DNA of 64,000 bases from Macrostomum lignano (Eukaryota): positions 1-64,000 of the forward strand of contig NIVC01003487.1 of NCBI GenBank assembly GCA_002269645.1, written 5' to 3'. This document shows positions 15,801-27,289 of the stretch, piece by piece. Below the pieces are notes generated by a model. That model did not search any database. It worked only from the letters and a program-made list of their open reading frames with translations, and had not been told where the DNA came from. Position 1 is the first letter of the stretch. Each line of letters starts with the position of its first letter. The position numbers and the translations under genes were made by a program.

Positions 15801-16124
15801 AAGAACTCCCAAATCCATGTCCTCTAATCAGAGCTCCCGAACGCCTTCCAGTTTTCTCAATCAGGTCAGACAAGATTCAGAAAATGATAAAACAAGTCCA
15901 TAAAAGCCAAGTCACCTGAACTGGGCAGTCGAGCTCATGCCCATCAGAATCCGGCTCTTTTGCCCACTGGCGCCGACCTCGGCTAATTTAAAGAATCGGC
16001 CGCGCCGGTTCTGCTTGACGTCAAGGTAAAACCGTTTGGACTGAATCTGCAGCGTCCTCGATGCGATCTCCTTCTCATCGCCGTCCATAGCAGCATTGTT
16101 GTTGCCCCTGCTGTAGTAGCTCAT
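12831..16124 (-). CDS. PURA: Pur-alpha family ssDNA/RNA-binding protein, 272 aa; exons 16124-15916, 14821-14538, 13156-12831
   Basis: Three PUR repeats, one per exon ([23 protein letters not shown]; [22 protein letters not shown]; [25 protein letters not shown]). GT-AG junctions in phase (AG/A, G/AG); 819 nt total. Confidence 0.95.
13224..14180. repeat. 32-bp purine-rich minisatellite in PURA intron 2 (GGAGAGGCTGCAGGGGATTGAGGGGAGCAAGG)
   Basis: Tandem array; the long Pro/Ser/Leu ORFs over it are artefacts. Confidence 0.95.
14920..15840. repeat. 28-bp minisatellite in PURA intron 1 (ATCAGAGCCCCCGAATCCATACTCTCCA)
   Basis: Tandem array; translations cycle through frames as expected for a 28-bp unit. 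Confidence 0.95.
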
Positions 16125-17251
16125 GGTTTTTCTACTATTGCTGATTAATTGGTGAGTTCAGTCAACAGGTCAGCTAGTTGGTGTCAGTAATCTGTCTAAT
16201 GATTTTATAACTGAAATGTCAATGCAATTTATAACATTACAACACTATACATACAATGGTATATGCAGTTTGTTTTTAGTACCATAGAAAAAAACCTACG
16301 TTTATCAGTGCTTTCAAGACTAAGAATAAAACTGTTTACTCTTAATTGTATCCAGTTCAATATTGGAATTTTGTGATATACAATATACATAAATTTAGAA
16401 CTAAGGGTAGCATTTTTACTGATATTATCAAGCTCAAGTCATAGTTATTCCTGCTGTTTACCCAAAATCATAATTATTTTTTTATTACATTTCTTTTACA
16501 GGTAAGTTGCACCTTGCACAGCTGGTGTAAAACAAATACAACAAAAAGCAACTGCAAAAAAATGAAAAAGTTTACAAAAAACATATTTTTTGACTATTAG
16601 TATTTTGTTTCGTATCCTTTTTATGTCAAAAACAGGACTGTGCATCAGTTCTACAGAATGAAACATTTTATTTGCTATACATTTGGCCAAGGAATATATC
16701 AAAGCATGTGAGTGCCAGACCGTTTTACATTTTTTGACATTTACTAATTTTCAATTACCTATTCTATGCATTTCAACCAGACCAGAGGTCAGTTTAGAAA
16801 GTGTACAATGTACTTTTGACTTTGAAATTACTTTTATTTAAAAAGAAACATTATATATAAACAAAAAAACAAAAATGACCAATATACCAATGTAAAAACA
16901 AAAAAGTTACAAACAAAGAGTTTATTGTCTATATAAAGGTAAGAAACATATTTTAACTGCTTAAATATACAAGTTTTTACTTAAAATTTTAATTTTCAAA
17001 ATGCATACATCTATTTATTATTAAAAAAACATAATTTTTATTTTTTTTAATTATTGTAGCTTTCATTTTGAATAACAATGTAATAATAAGTCTGATTCAC
17101 CCTTTTCTGATTTTCTAATAGACGCATCCTACTTATCTATTAGAAAAAGTTGTTTTGTTTGGTAAAAGACAAAAGATGACATATAAAATCATTACATATT
17201 ATAAATATATACTAGGATTTTATATCTTATTATATTTACTTTTATTTTTAT

Positions 17252-18238
17252 TTGTCTAAACTATATTACTGTACTTTTCTTTTGGCATCTGTTAGTGGCT
17301 AGTATGCTAAATTGGTAAGTTGGCTAATAATGATAAGCTACTAGGTGCTAACCAGTGTTGGGCACTTCTGTTACCGAGTAACTTGCAAATGGTAATGCAA
17401 GTTACTTTTTCGTAAAGCGTTCCTTACGCAAGTTACTTTTTTATTTTAGTAACGGAGTAACGGTAAGTTACTCAAATTTCGAAAGTCCATTACAGTTACT
17501 TTGCAACAATCACAATATTTAAATTTAAAACTGAAATGCTTAGCTAGTACGCCGGTTTTCACATGTTTTTGCATTTTTCATTCCTAAATTCAAAATTAAG
17601 TGAATAGTATCATATGGTATTGCGCTTAATTAATGAAGAAATACTTGAAACATTTTTACTTTGTTAATTTTGGTAAAATATTTTCGCCTTTCATTTTCGT
17701 TACTAAAAATATTCAAGTTTGATTCAAACAAACAACCAAAGAAAGAAATTCATCTGTAGCCTCCACAAGTCCCTCCACTGGCACTGCAGTACACTACACC
17801 ATTTTATACAGTTCTATTTATTTTACTTTATTGAATTATTGATATTTGTTTATTTTATCATTTATAATTTTAATTATTGATTGCCATTGCCCATTGGTCC
17901 TTCTACGTGCCCCACATCGTGTCGCCAATTCCTGTCTCTGTCTGTAAATCGGATAATCCCAATGCCCAATGGCAAATTTCGGTAACAACAATGTGAAAAA
18001 ATGTGTAATGTGAAAGAAGCAGAAAATTTTGTTAATAACATGGGTAACGGAAGTGAGTAACAGACAGTAACTTAAAAGTTGCCAGGTTTTTGTCTAAAGT
18101 TACTAGGCTAACGTAAGTTACTTTTTAAAAATTGGTAACTCAAGTTACAGTAACACAAGTTACTTTTTTTGAGTAACTTGCCCAACACTGGTGCTAACAG
18201 GTACCAAAAAGAAAAATACAGTAATATAGTTTAGACAA
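17252..18238. repeat. About 45-bp inverted repeat pair (17252-17295 and 18194-18238) flanking the hAT MITE
   Basis: TTGTCTAAACTATATTACTGTA(C/T)TTTTCTTTT(T)GG..CTGTTAG matches its reverse complement with about 4 differences. Confidence 0.75.
17353..18190. mobile_element. Non-autonomous hAT-type MITE, 838 bp
   Basis: TIR CAGTGTTGGGCA / TGCCCAACACTG; perfect 8-bp TSD GTGCTAAC (17345-17352 and 18191-18198); subterminal AGTTAC/GTAACT motifs. Confidence 0.92.
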
Positions 18239-18897
18239 GTGTAAATGATACAATGAATAGTGTTATCTTTTGTATATTAAAATAAAATAAATTTGCTTTA
18301 ATTGATATTAATATCAATTGGTATATTGCCATTGGAATTGAATATTGCCTAGGCTTATCATTAATAAAAATTAATAGGCCTAAATAATATAATTTATTTA
18401 AATATTTAATTTATATAGTTAAATTTAATATTTACTTTTATAATTATAACATTTAAATAAATAAATTAGCAAGCATTATTATACACAAATCATTTTTTGG
18501 CAGTTTAGAAAATTCACTAGCAAAAAATTTAATAAAAATTTAAATTCAGTGTCATTTTGCTTTGTTTTGTATTACTAGGTCCTATTGCTATTGCTCAGGC
18601 CTAATCATGGAATATAGCTACTATAAAGCAATAGTAGCCATAATTCTAGCCACATTAGTAGACATATAGTGGCCCTATTTGGTAAAACTTCAGTTGCTAG
18701 TTGGTTATCTAATTTTTGACTAGGCCTACCACTTGATACTGGTCCACTTTTTCAGCCATTCAATTTTTAGGCAATGTCCTAGTTTCCCGCATTAAATTAT
18801 TTTGACCTGATTTTTGTCATTTTCAGTACAAATCATGGCTAAATGACCTTAAGCACCTGCAAATATTGTACCTCCTGCTAATTTGCAGCAATCAACT

Positions 18898-20250
18898 GGT
18901 TCCTGGACACTTTGTCATCTTACTACTTCGTCATCCACTCTTATTGTTGGACACTTCATCATCTTACCACTTTGTCATTCACATTATTAATGTGAACACT
19001 TCGTCATCTACTCCCTGGACACTTTGTCATCCACTTTTTGTATGAAAAACTTTGCTATATATATAAGCAACTATATAACTTGTACATGCAACTCGTAATT
19101 TTTAGCTATATGTAGGCACAAAAATCAAAAAGTTCACAAAGCACAAAGAGAATAGCATAAAGACTTATACATTTAAATTACTGCAGAATTAATTCGATCC
19201 TTTCCTTCTAAATCTATCTAGATATCTAATATTTGTTTGTTTGTTTGTTTGTATGTCCATAATGCTTTAAAGCTCGCAATTCTTCACTTATTTTGATTGC
19301 GTTTTTGCCAAAAGATTCAAAATTGTCTGGAAAGAAGACAGTTAAAATCTTTTTAATCTGCTTTCAGTGTTGGGCTGTTTGCTGTTCTTTGCTAACTGGC
19401 TCTGGGCAAAAATGCAGATGTCTGCCATTTTCACTTATAGGAGCCTAAACTAGCTGTTTCTTACATGTATTTGCATTTCATATATGATTTCATGCACCAT
19501 TTTATAATAAAACTCTGGGTGGGAATAGGCTGGCCACTTCAGTCATGAGGGGTAAAGTGACTATCTTTGCACCTGCGACCTGCACCCTTCTTGGATCTGC
19601 CACTGTGGTTAGTTGGTTGGAGAATTGGCACGTTGCACTTATAGACACTAATGCATATATAGCTAATAGCTTAAGCATATTTAGGGAGTGAAAACACTCT
19701 AGCTTAGATTGTATACATGTGAAGGGTTGGTTAAGTCCCTGCAAGTGGAGCAAGGAAAAATCCATGGCCACATACTTTGTTGCCTCCCCTGGGTTGTAGA
19801 AGTGACAATGCCAATTGTAGGCTTTAGCAAGGAAGCAAAAATAATTATTAGAGCTTGGCAAGTTTGAACATAAAATAAAATTACAATGAGCACTAGTATC
19901 TACATGTATGTACTCATACATTAAAGTTGTGCATAGGCCTATGCAAACTGTGTATACATTGTATACATTGGATGCCAATTATAGCAACAAGTTGAATCTC
20001 TAAGTGTGTATTTAATCCTACGAGTATATTTTATGGACTAAATTAATTGAGTAACAATTTATAACAATAACAATCGAATAACAATTTATAGCCTTGCTAA
20101 ATCTTGGAATGACAAAGTGTCTCAAAATTTGGTCACTTTATCATCTAGATTTACTAACAATTTTTTGATATGACAAAGCATCCAAAAACCATGGTCACTT
20201 TGTTTCATCAAGATGACAAAGTGGTTAGATGATGAAGTGTCCAGGAGCCC
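18898..20250. mobile_element. Non-autonomous TIR element (MULE/foldback-like; superfamily uncertain)
   Basis: Ends GGTTCCTGGACACTTTGTCATC / GATGAAGTGTCCAGGAGCC(C); subterminal CACTT(T/C)GTCATC repeats inverted at the two ends; flanking direct repeat ATCAACT (18891-18897, 20251-20257). Confidence 0.7.
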
Positions 20251-20709
20251 ATCAACTGACCTCTGTGACCTTGAGATCAGTCATTGCAATCTGGTACTAT
20301 TGATAGTTGATGCTAAGTTGACTATGTTTATGCATTGGCTGGCAACCATCATCTAATAGGCCTAGCAAACTCATGGAACTACAGCCATTGTCAGGAACCT
20401 CCAGCTATGCGGTTTCAATGTTGGGGTGGAGCTGACTATATAGACGGATATGCCTAGTCTTGTCCTATCTGTTGAACGCAGAGTTCTATCCGAAAGGGTA
20501 GCTTCTTTGAAAAAAAAGCCACCTGACATTGCGCCAGCTGGTTGACTTTGTGTATGGGTGGTTTGTGTACTGGTTTGTTTGTTTGTTTTAAATTTTCGGA
20601 CAAAATAGGCCCCCTAATTTAACGCGGGAAACTAGGAAATTGCCAATTTTTACAATTTTGAATGCAGTCAGGCCTACTATATGGCTATATAAGTCTGATG
20701 AAAGCTCGA

Positions 20710-20961
20710 GCACGCGAAGGTGTATTCAGCACGCCAGTGAAGTATGAGACAGACCAGGCCTAAGGGCTACGGTCTGCGATGCTTCACGCCTGCCCCTATA
20801 TTCAGCAGGTCAAGGCTGGAGAGGGAGGTCTGCACCCGCTATTTGCCACTGGCAGCCGCAGACCCCCCCCCCTCACGCTGTTTCACAAGTCGACCCAGGG
20901 TACTCGTCCCCGCGTGTGTTCAAGGCAGACCCTAGGGCTGCTGGACAGACTGGGCTCCGAC
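20710..20961 (+). ncRNA. HDV-like self-cleaving ribozyme at the LINE 5' end (predicted fold)
   Basis: P1 GCACGCG (20710-16) / CGCGUGU (20911-17) with a G.U first pair; P3 GGG/CCC around L3 UACUCGU (20901-07); P1.1 AC/GU; P4 20920-20945; catalytic C20946; P2 GUCG-A-CCCA / UGGG-CUC-CGAC. Confidence 0.85.
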
Positions 20962-21119
20962 GCTGGCGACCCATCCAGTGGCTTCGGCCGAATTTGGGTA
21001 TGCGGGTCTGGCTTGCCAGCCTGCAGGCCGTGGTACTGCTTAACGTACCCCCTAATGCCTAAGGTGTTTGACCGTGCCGATGGGCTGGAAGGCCGGGGGG
21101 TTGTCCGGTCGCTAGCGGT

Positions 21120-21182
21120 CCTTTTCTTTTTCTTCTTTCCTCTTTCTTTTGTGACTCAGCTCACTCCTTCCCGCTTTCAGCT
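21120..21182 (+). promoter_or_regulatory. Polypyrimidine tract plus CAG splice acceptor immediately upstream of LINE ORF1
   Basis: CTTTTCTTTTTCTTCTTTCCTCTTTCTTTTGTGACTCAGCTCACTCCTTCCCGCTTTCAG followed by CT-ATG. Confidence 0.55.
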
Positions 21183-22649
21183 ATGGCGTCATCCGCCTCT
21201 TTAACCCCCGCTGAAGCCGGGGCCCCGGCAACTCCGGCCGGTGACTCTGGCACCAGCGCCGCCCCACCGGGGGCAGATGGGCTTGCCGCCGGCTCGGCTG
21301 GTGACATGCCCGCACGCGCAACCGGGCCCTCCGCTGAAGCCCGACGCACCCGCAACCAACGCCGCAACGAGCGGCGACGGCGACTACGGGGTACTGCGGG
21401 CCGGCCACCGGCGGAAGGGGAACCTAGGGAGGGCGAGGCTGCTGTTGGGCCGAAAGGAACCACAGCAACCCCTGCCCCCCAGGATACAACCCCCGCTGGT
21501 GAGCCACCCAGTATACCTGCTACAAGCGCGGCCGGGCCTTCGGGAACCGCCGCCACCAACTACGCCTCAAAGGTCAAGCTCCAACCGGCGGTCATCGTCT
21601 TCGGGGAAGAGCAGGACCTCACGGCCGACGAGCTCGACAGTGCCTGGCGCACCATCGATGCTGCGCTCATCGACCAGCTCCTGGCGGGCCGCCCTGTGAG
21701 CGTGGTCAAGTCTGCCAAGACCGACGGCTGCATCTTCATCTGGTGCAGCTCGGAGGAGAGCAGCCGCAATCTACGCGAGCTTCTGCCAAAGCTGAACTGG
21801 CCCAAGAAGCTCGGCAAGCTCGTCTTCGCCAGCGAGGGCGAACGACAGAAGACCCAGCGCTTTCGCGTCTGGATCCCGGCCGGCAGTGCCATTAAGTCCG
21901 GAGATCAGCTTAGGCAAATATTGCTAAAGCTGCACCCCGACCTTAAGGTCAACGGGCTCCTACACCACGCCACTTCCCGCAAGGAGAAGGGGGCTACGGT
22001 GATCCTAGGGCTCTCTGATGACTGGGCTAAGCGCTTGCCGCCTAAGTCCACAATTCATATTGGTCTGACTCAGCTGACCATCCTCCGTTGCGAGGAGCGG
22101 AAAGCTGATGAAGCCAAGAATGCCAAAGCTTCCGAAACCGGAACTGGGGCCCAGGCTCCTCCGGCAAAGAAGCCGAGGCAAACGGCCGATCCTATGCCCG
22201 GTAAGGCAGTTCGCGCTGCTGAAACCGGAAATCGCAATCGCAGACCCGCCAGGAGCACCCGGAGGTCCGGCCTGATCCAGCGCGCGCTGGACCAGGCCAA
22301 GAACCTTCGTGCGCATCGTGAGCGGGCCCGCGCTTCTCGCGCTCCACCCCAACAGCCAGAAGGCCAGACTCTAAGCGGGGAGGCTCCGACCGACTGGTTC
22401 GAGTCTGTGACTCACCAGGAGGCTGGCGCCACCCGCATCGACCTGACCGACGAGGCAGAGGGGACGGGCAGTGACAGCACCGAAGCACGCAGGAGAGGCG
22501 ACGGTAACGTCCACGCTGGGCTCACGTCCGCGGAGGACTCCACAGCCACCCTAACTGCTGAGGACGCTGAAACTCCCATGGAGGTCTGCGGGTCACCCAC
22601 CACTGAAAAGGAGGAGGATGACCTGCTCAACGATTCCCCAACTGCGTGA
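21183..22649 (+). CDS. LINE ORF1 protein, 488 aa; central region resembles the DUF4780-type ORF1 of LOA elements; no CCHC knuckles
   Basis: Intact ORF directly upstream of the pol ORF; RVWIP...LHPDL...GATVILGL...IHIGLTQLTI segment. Confidence 0.85.
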   Translation: MASSASLTPAEAGAPATPAGDSGTSAAPPGADGLAAGSAGDMPARATGPSAEARRTRNQRRNERRRRLRGTAGRPPAEGEPREGEAAVGPKGTTATPAPQDTTPAGEPPSIPATSAAGPSGTAATNYASKVKLQPAVIVFGEEQDLTADELDSAWRTIDAALIDQLLAGRPVSVVKSAKTDGCIFIWCSSEESSRNLRELLPKLNWPKKLGKLVFASEGERQKTQRFRVWIPAGSAIKSGDQLRQILLKLHPDLKVNGLLHHATSRKEKGATVILGLSDDWAKRLPPKSTIHIGLTQLTILRCEERKADEAKNAKASETGTGAQAPPAKKPRQTADPMPGKAVRAAETGNRNRRPARSTRRSGLIQRALDQAKNLRAHRERARASRAPPQQPEGQTLSGEAPTDWFESVTHQEAGATRIDLTDEAEGTGSDSTEARRRGDGNVHAGLTSAEDSTATLTAEDAETPMEVCGSPTTEKEEDDLLNDSPTA

Positions 22650-22651
22650 TA

Positions 22652-25600
22652 ATGATCAGCAACCAGGGAATCCATTGCCTGCAGATTAATCTGCAGCACT
22701 GCGTCGCAGCCTCGGTCAACCTTATGCGTTACGCCGAGCTCGACAAGCCGGGGCTCATCCTCGTCCAGGAACCCTGGACTCTCAGAGGTAAGCCTCAAAA
22801 CGCCCCTGCTGGCTACAATTGTTTTTATACTTACCCTCGCGAGGCCAACCAGCCTCCCAGAGCTTGCATCTTTGCGAGCAAAACGCTCAGTGCGTGGCTC
22901 AGATCGGACCTGTCCAACAGGGACATCTGCGTCATCCAATCCGAGGACCTTCTTCCTGGGAAGACCACCCTCATTGCCTCGGTTTACCTACCAGGCGATG
23001 CTGCGGTCGTCCCCAGAGCCCTCGCTACGCTGGTAGAGCTCTGCTCTGCCAAAAACTACGAGCTCATGGTTGCCGGCGACATCAACGCCCACCACACTCA
23101 CTGGGGCAGCACTGGCATTAATCAGAGAGGCGAAGACCTCCTAGCCTACGTTGCCTCTACGACCCTCGAGTTCTGCAACTCTGGGTCCACCCCTACCTTT
23201 GACAACGGACGGTGGTCGGAGGTGATCGACGCTACGCTCGCAACGCCCAGACTCTACCAGAGTATTGGGGCGTGGCGGGTGCTTCCAGTGTCCTCACTAT
23301 CGGATCACAAGTTCATCTCCTTCAACCTAATGGCCGCGCGTAGCGCAACTCGTGTTATGTGGAGACGGAACGCCAGAAATACTGATTGGGAAACCTTCGG
23401 GCTCGCCCTGAAGGAATTCCATCGGTCTCCTGGCCAACCATTCACGATCACGTCGTGCCGAGAGGCGGATGAGTGCGCGACTGTTTTGACAGAGACGCTA
23501 ACCGCCGCCTTTGAGGCGTCCTGCCCTTTAAAAGCCTATAAAGGGAAAAAATCGGCGCCGTGGTGGAATCCCGAGCTCGGCAACCTCCGTCGCAGGGCTA
23601 AGAGACTCCACCGCAGAGCAACTAAAACTAAGAGCCCTGCAGACCAAACCGCCTATCATGAAGCAATTCATGAGTTTAAAAGGCAGGTTAGGAATGCAAA
23701 GGCTCAAAAATGGCGACAATACTGTGAGGAGCTAGAGGGCTCACGCCCCACCTCCAGAGTTGTGAAAGCGCTCACGCTGGACAAAATGTCTAAGCTCTCC
23801 TCGGTCAAACGCACCGACGGTACGTCCACGGACAACCCAGGGGAAACGCTTGATGTAATGCTCACTGCGTTTTTCCCTAACGAGCCAGCTAACCAGACCA
23901 CTCCGGATCACTCGGAGGGAGGTCACGCGCTGGCTGCATCTATCATCACGGAGGACCGCATTGTGAGAGCGGCAAATTCCTTCAAGCCTTTCAAAGCCCC
24001 AGGACCCGACGGCATTGTACCGGCCCTTCTAAGAGAGGCGGTTAAATGCCCAGGCTTCCTGCGCAAACTTTGCAGCCTTCTTCGGGCATGCATCACGCTT
24101 GGTTATGTCCCGCAGGCATGGACCGAGGCAAAGGTGATCTTTATCCCTAAGCCAGGCCGCCCGGACTACCATTCTATCAAATCCTTCAGACCGATCAGCT
24201 TGACCTCCTCCCTGGTCAAGCTGATGGAGAGACTGGTGCTTTGGCGCCTTCTCTCTGTTGAGCTGAAGAACAAACCTCTCAGCGAGAACCAGCACGCTTT
24301 TCGGGCGGGTCGCTCCACTGAAAGCGCGCTGCACGTCCTGGTCGATAAACTCGAGAAGGCCGTGCTTGGTAGTGGCTTTGCTCTGGGGATCTTCCTGGAC
24401 ATCATTGGCGCCTTCGATAACGTCCTCTTTGAGGCGTTCCGAAGAGCTCTTTGTGAGAGGCTAACGCACTCACATCTCACCAGATGGATCATGTACATGA
24501 TCAGCCATCGCACGGCCACCGCCAGTCTGCTGGGCTACCAGAGGACGGTCCCCGTCTGCAAAGGTAGCCCGCAAGGTGGGGTGCTGTCTCCAGTTCTCTG
24601 GAATATGGTCATCGATGAGCTCCTCCGGGATGTTCGGCCTGACCCCATTCTGAAAGTTGGATATGCGGACGATGTCACCGCGGTGGCATCTGGTCCGTCC
24701 CCTGATACCCTCAGGGACCTTCTTCAGAACTTCATCTACGCTGCTGAGCAATGGGCGGACCGCTGTGGTTTAAGGCTCTCTGAGACTAAGACCGCAGCGA
24801 TCATGTTCACCAGCAGGACCAAGTGGCAGATTCGGCCGCTCACGCTTTACGGAAGGGAAATCCCCTTCTGCAAGCAGACTAAATGTCTGGGTATTACCCT
24901 GGACCACAGGCTGAACTGGTCTCCCCACGTTCAAACAAAAGCCAAAAAGGCCTTCGCAGTCCTCGCGCAATTGCGCAGGGCCGTCGGCACCACCTGGGGG
25001 CTCACCCCCAAGCGCCTCTGGTGGATCTACACTGCAATGGTTAGGCCCGCTATCTCGTATGGCGGCCTGATCTGGGCTAGCGCCCTGCAGATAAAGACCT
25101 GTTAGAGGCTCTCAGGAGAGCGCAAGGGCGCGCTTGTCGCACGATCATGAGCGCCCCTCCGTCTGCTCCTTACGATGGCCTCAACGCCTTCCTCAACATT
25201 CCTCCGCTGGACATCTTTGTCCGCAGGGAAGCGGCTAAGACTGCCCGCCGTCTAGCTGACGCTGGCATTCGAATCCAGCCCCATAGGGCCATGGCTAAGC
25301 GCAAGCTTCTGCCCCACGCTGACCTCTGCCTCAAGGACTTGAGAGACAGCGGCGGGCTCCACGTCCTATCTGACGGCGAACCCCGCACTCTCAACCTCTT
25401 TCAGCGCTACAAGGTCACCATCCCCTCTAGGGATGCTGCCAATGACCACTGGAATTTCCAGGAGGTCCATTGCTACACGGACGGATCCATCAAAGACGGT
25501 CGCGCCGGCTTTGGGGTCTGCATCATCATCAACGGCCGCGTAATTGCCACGCATGCCCAGCACACTGGTAGACTCTCCACAGTCTTCCAGAACGAAGTCC

Positions 25601-26355
25601 TTGCCATCAGCTCTTGCGCTGCAGAGCTAAACGCCAAGGTTACGAGAGGAAAGACTATTGTCATCCACTCCGACAGCCAAGCGGCCTTACAGGCCCTTTG
25701 CCACACCACAACGAACTCCCGGACAGTCGCCGACTGCGCCCGGCAGCTCAACCTCCTGGCCAGAAGCAATACTGTCAGGCTGAAGTGGATCCCAGGGCAC
25801 GCAGGGTTTCCGGGGAACGAGCTGGCAGACACCCTCGCCAAGAGGGGCGGCTCTGGCTCTTTTTTCGGCCCTGCCCCCCTGGTCCCTATGCCCTTGACAG
25901 TCATCAATCGTCAGATCGACGACTGGGCTGACTCCCTCCACAGGGACAGATGGGCGGGCACCCAAAACTGCCGGCAATCTCGTGCCGCGGTTCCTTGCCC
26001 GTCTCACAGGCTCAGAAACATCCTTCTGAACCAGAATCGGAAGGATATTCGAGCCCTTGTCATGACCCTTACCGGCCATGGCTACCTCGCCAGGCACTGC
26101 TTCCTCCGAGGCGACCTCGAGAGCGAAATTTGCCCCTTTTGCGAGTGCGACAATGAAGATGCTCAGCACTTTGTCTGTCACTGCCCTTTCTTTAACAGAG
26201 ACCGGCTACGCTACCTCGGGCCGAACCCGTCCATTGACGAGGTTTGCCAGCCCGACAGCATCCCACGGCTCATCCAGTTCCTTCGGGCGACTAGACGAGC
26301 CAGTTTCTTCCCAACGGAAGATCACGCTGCAGGACGGACCGGCGGACCACCCTGA
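22652..26355 (+). CDS. LINE ORF2 (AP endonuclease, reverse transcriptase, RNase H, C-terminal Cys/His finger), split by one frameshift near 25100
   Basis: APE: INLQH, VQEPW, AGDINAHH, SDH. RT: GSPQGGVLSP, GYADD. RNase H: YTDGS, HSDSQAAL, WIPGHAGFPGNELAD. C-terminus CPFC...HFVCHC. Confidence 0.92.
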
Positions 26356-27289
26356 CCGGCCCCACGCCTCTGCCTGTCTGCGGGCCTTCAGGGGCTAGCG
26401 GAATGGGCGACCCTCGCCTCCCCGCTGTGTCTACGGACCACCCTGCAGCTAAGTCAAGTTAAGATGAAAGCTCGAGAGAAAGGTAAAGCAAGTGTAGAAA
26501 ACACTTGTACTTTATATTTTAATAGTATTTTTAATAGCAGCTAATGTCCCAAAATGTGCTCGCATACCTCATACTTACTTACATCCCCGGCATAAGCTTA
26601 TTTGCCTTGGCAACGAGCCGACGAAAACTAATAATATAGCTAGAGAAATATAGAAACAGAGATAGACTTAAGCTACATCATTTTACCTCCAATTCTGAAC
26701 AAAGTCGAAGTCAATTCAGCCTATCAGCAATTCAATTGAGAAACTCGAAAGACGATTGAGGACAAGGCCTTAGGGAGAAGTTTTTGGAGCGGTTATTTTT
26801 AGGGTTTGAATCGTTGCTGAATTTCCGACAGTCCAAGTCAGTTTAAACAAACAAACTGTGAAGAAAGCGCCGACTGCTGAGTTCCTCAGGCTCAGGGGGA
26901 GGGTAGCTATGGTCGTTGCTGAGCGGTCGAAGAGAATGCCGTGCTTCAGAACGCCGATTAAACAGGATTTGCTGGTGATTCGCTAAGGAGAATTTGTAGA
27001 ATATACAGACTAGTTGATTTACATATGCCATTAATGTATTCTTTTGTATTAAATATGATTGTTTGCCGGATGTCTAGACAACTCTTCTGTCTGTGGCACT
27101 TTGAAAGAGCAGTAAAGAGAATCAGTCAATCATTTATGGTAATTGGAAAGGACAGTGAAGACGATTAGCCTGTCATAAATTAATTCTTTAGTGGATTTTG
27201 AGCTTTATTTCTAAATACATGTACCAATAGAAAAAGGAGCTATGATTCCTGGTGGAGAAATATATATGGAATCTCCACGGACGAGTTGG

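Larger units (their letters stand above)
20710..26462 (+). mobile_element. Full-length non-LTR retrotransposon (APE-RT-RNase H), probably R1/LOA clade
   Basis: 14-bp TSD GATGAAAGCTCGAG (20697-20710 and 26463-26476; the last G may be shared with the element). Two-ORF structure; short TAAGTCAAGTTAA tail. Confidence 0.93.

Noticed and set aside
19205-19455. Helitron/DINE-like non-autonomous element (similar start at about 62205)
   Set aside because: The shared TTTGTATGT(TTGT)CCATAA motif and CTAG ends are suggestive, but boundaries and the hairpin could not be fixed.
21161-26398. Antisense and alternate-frame ORFs over the LINE
   Set aside because: Shadows of GC-rich coding sequence with no independent motifs.
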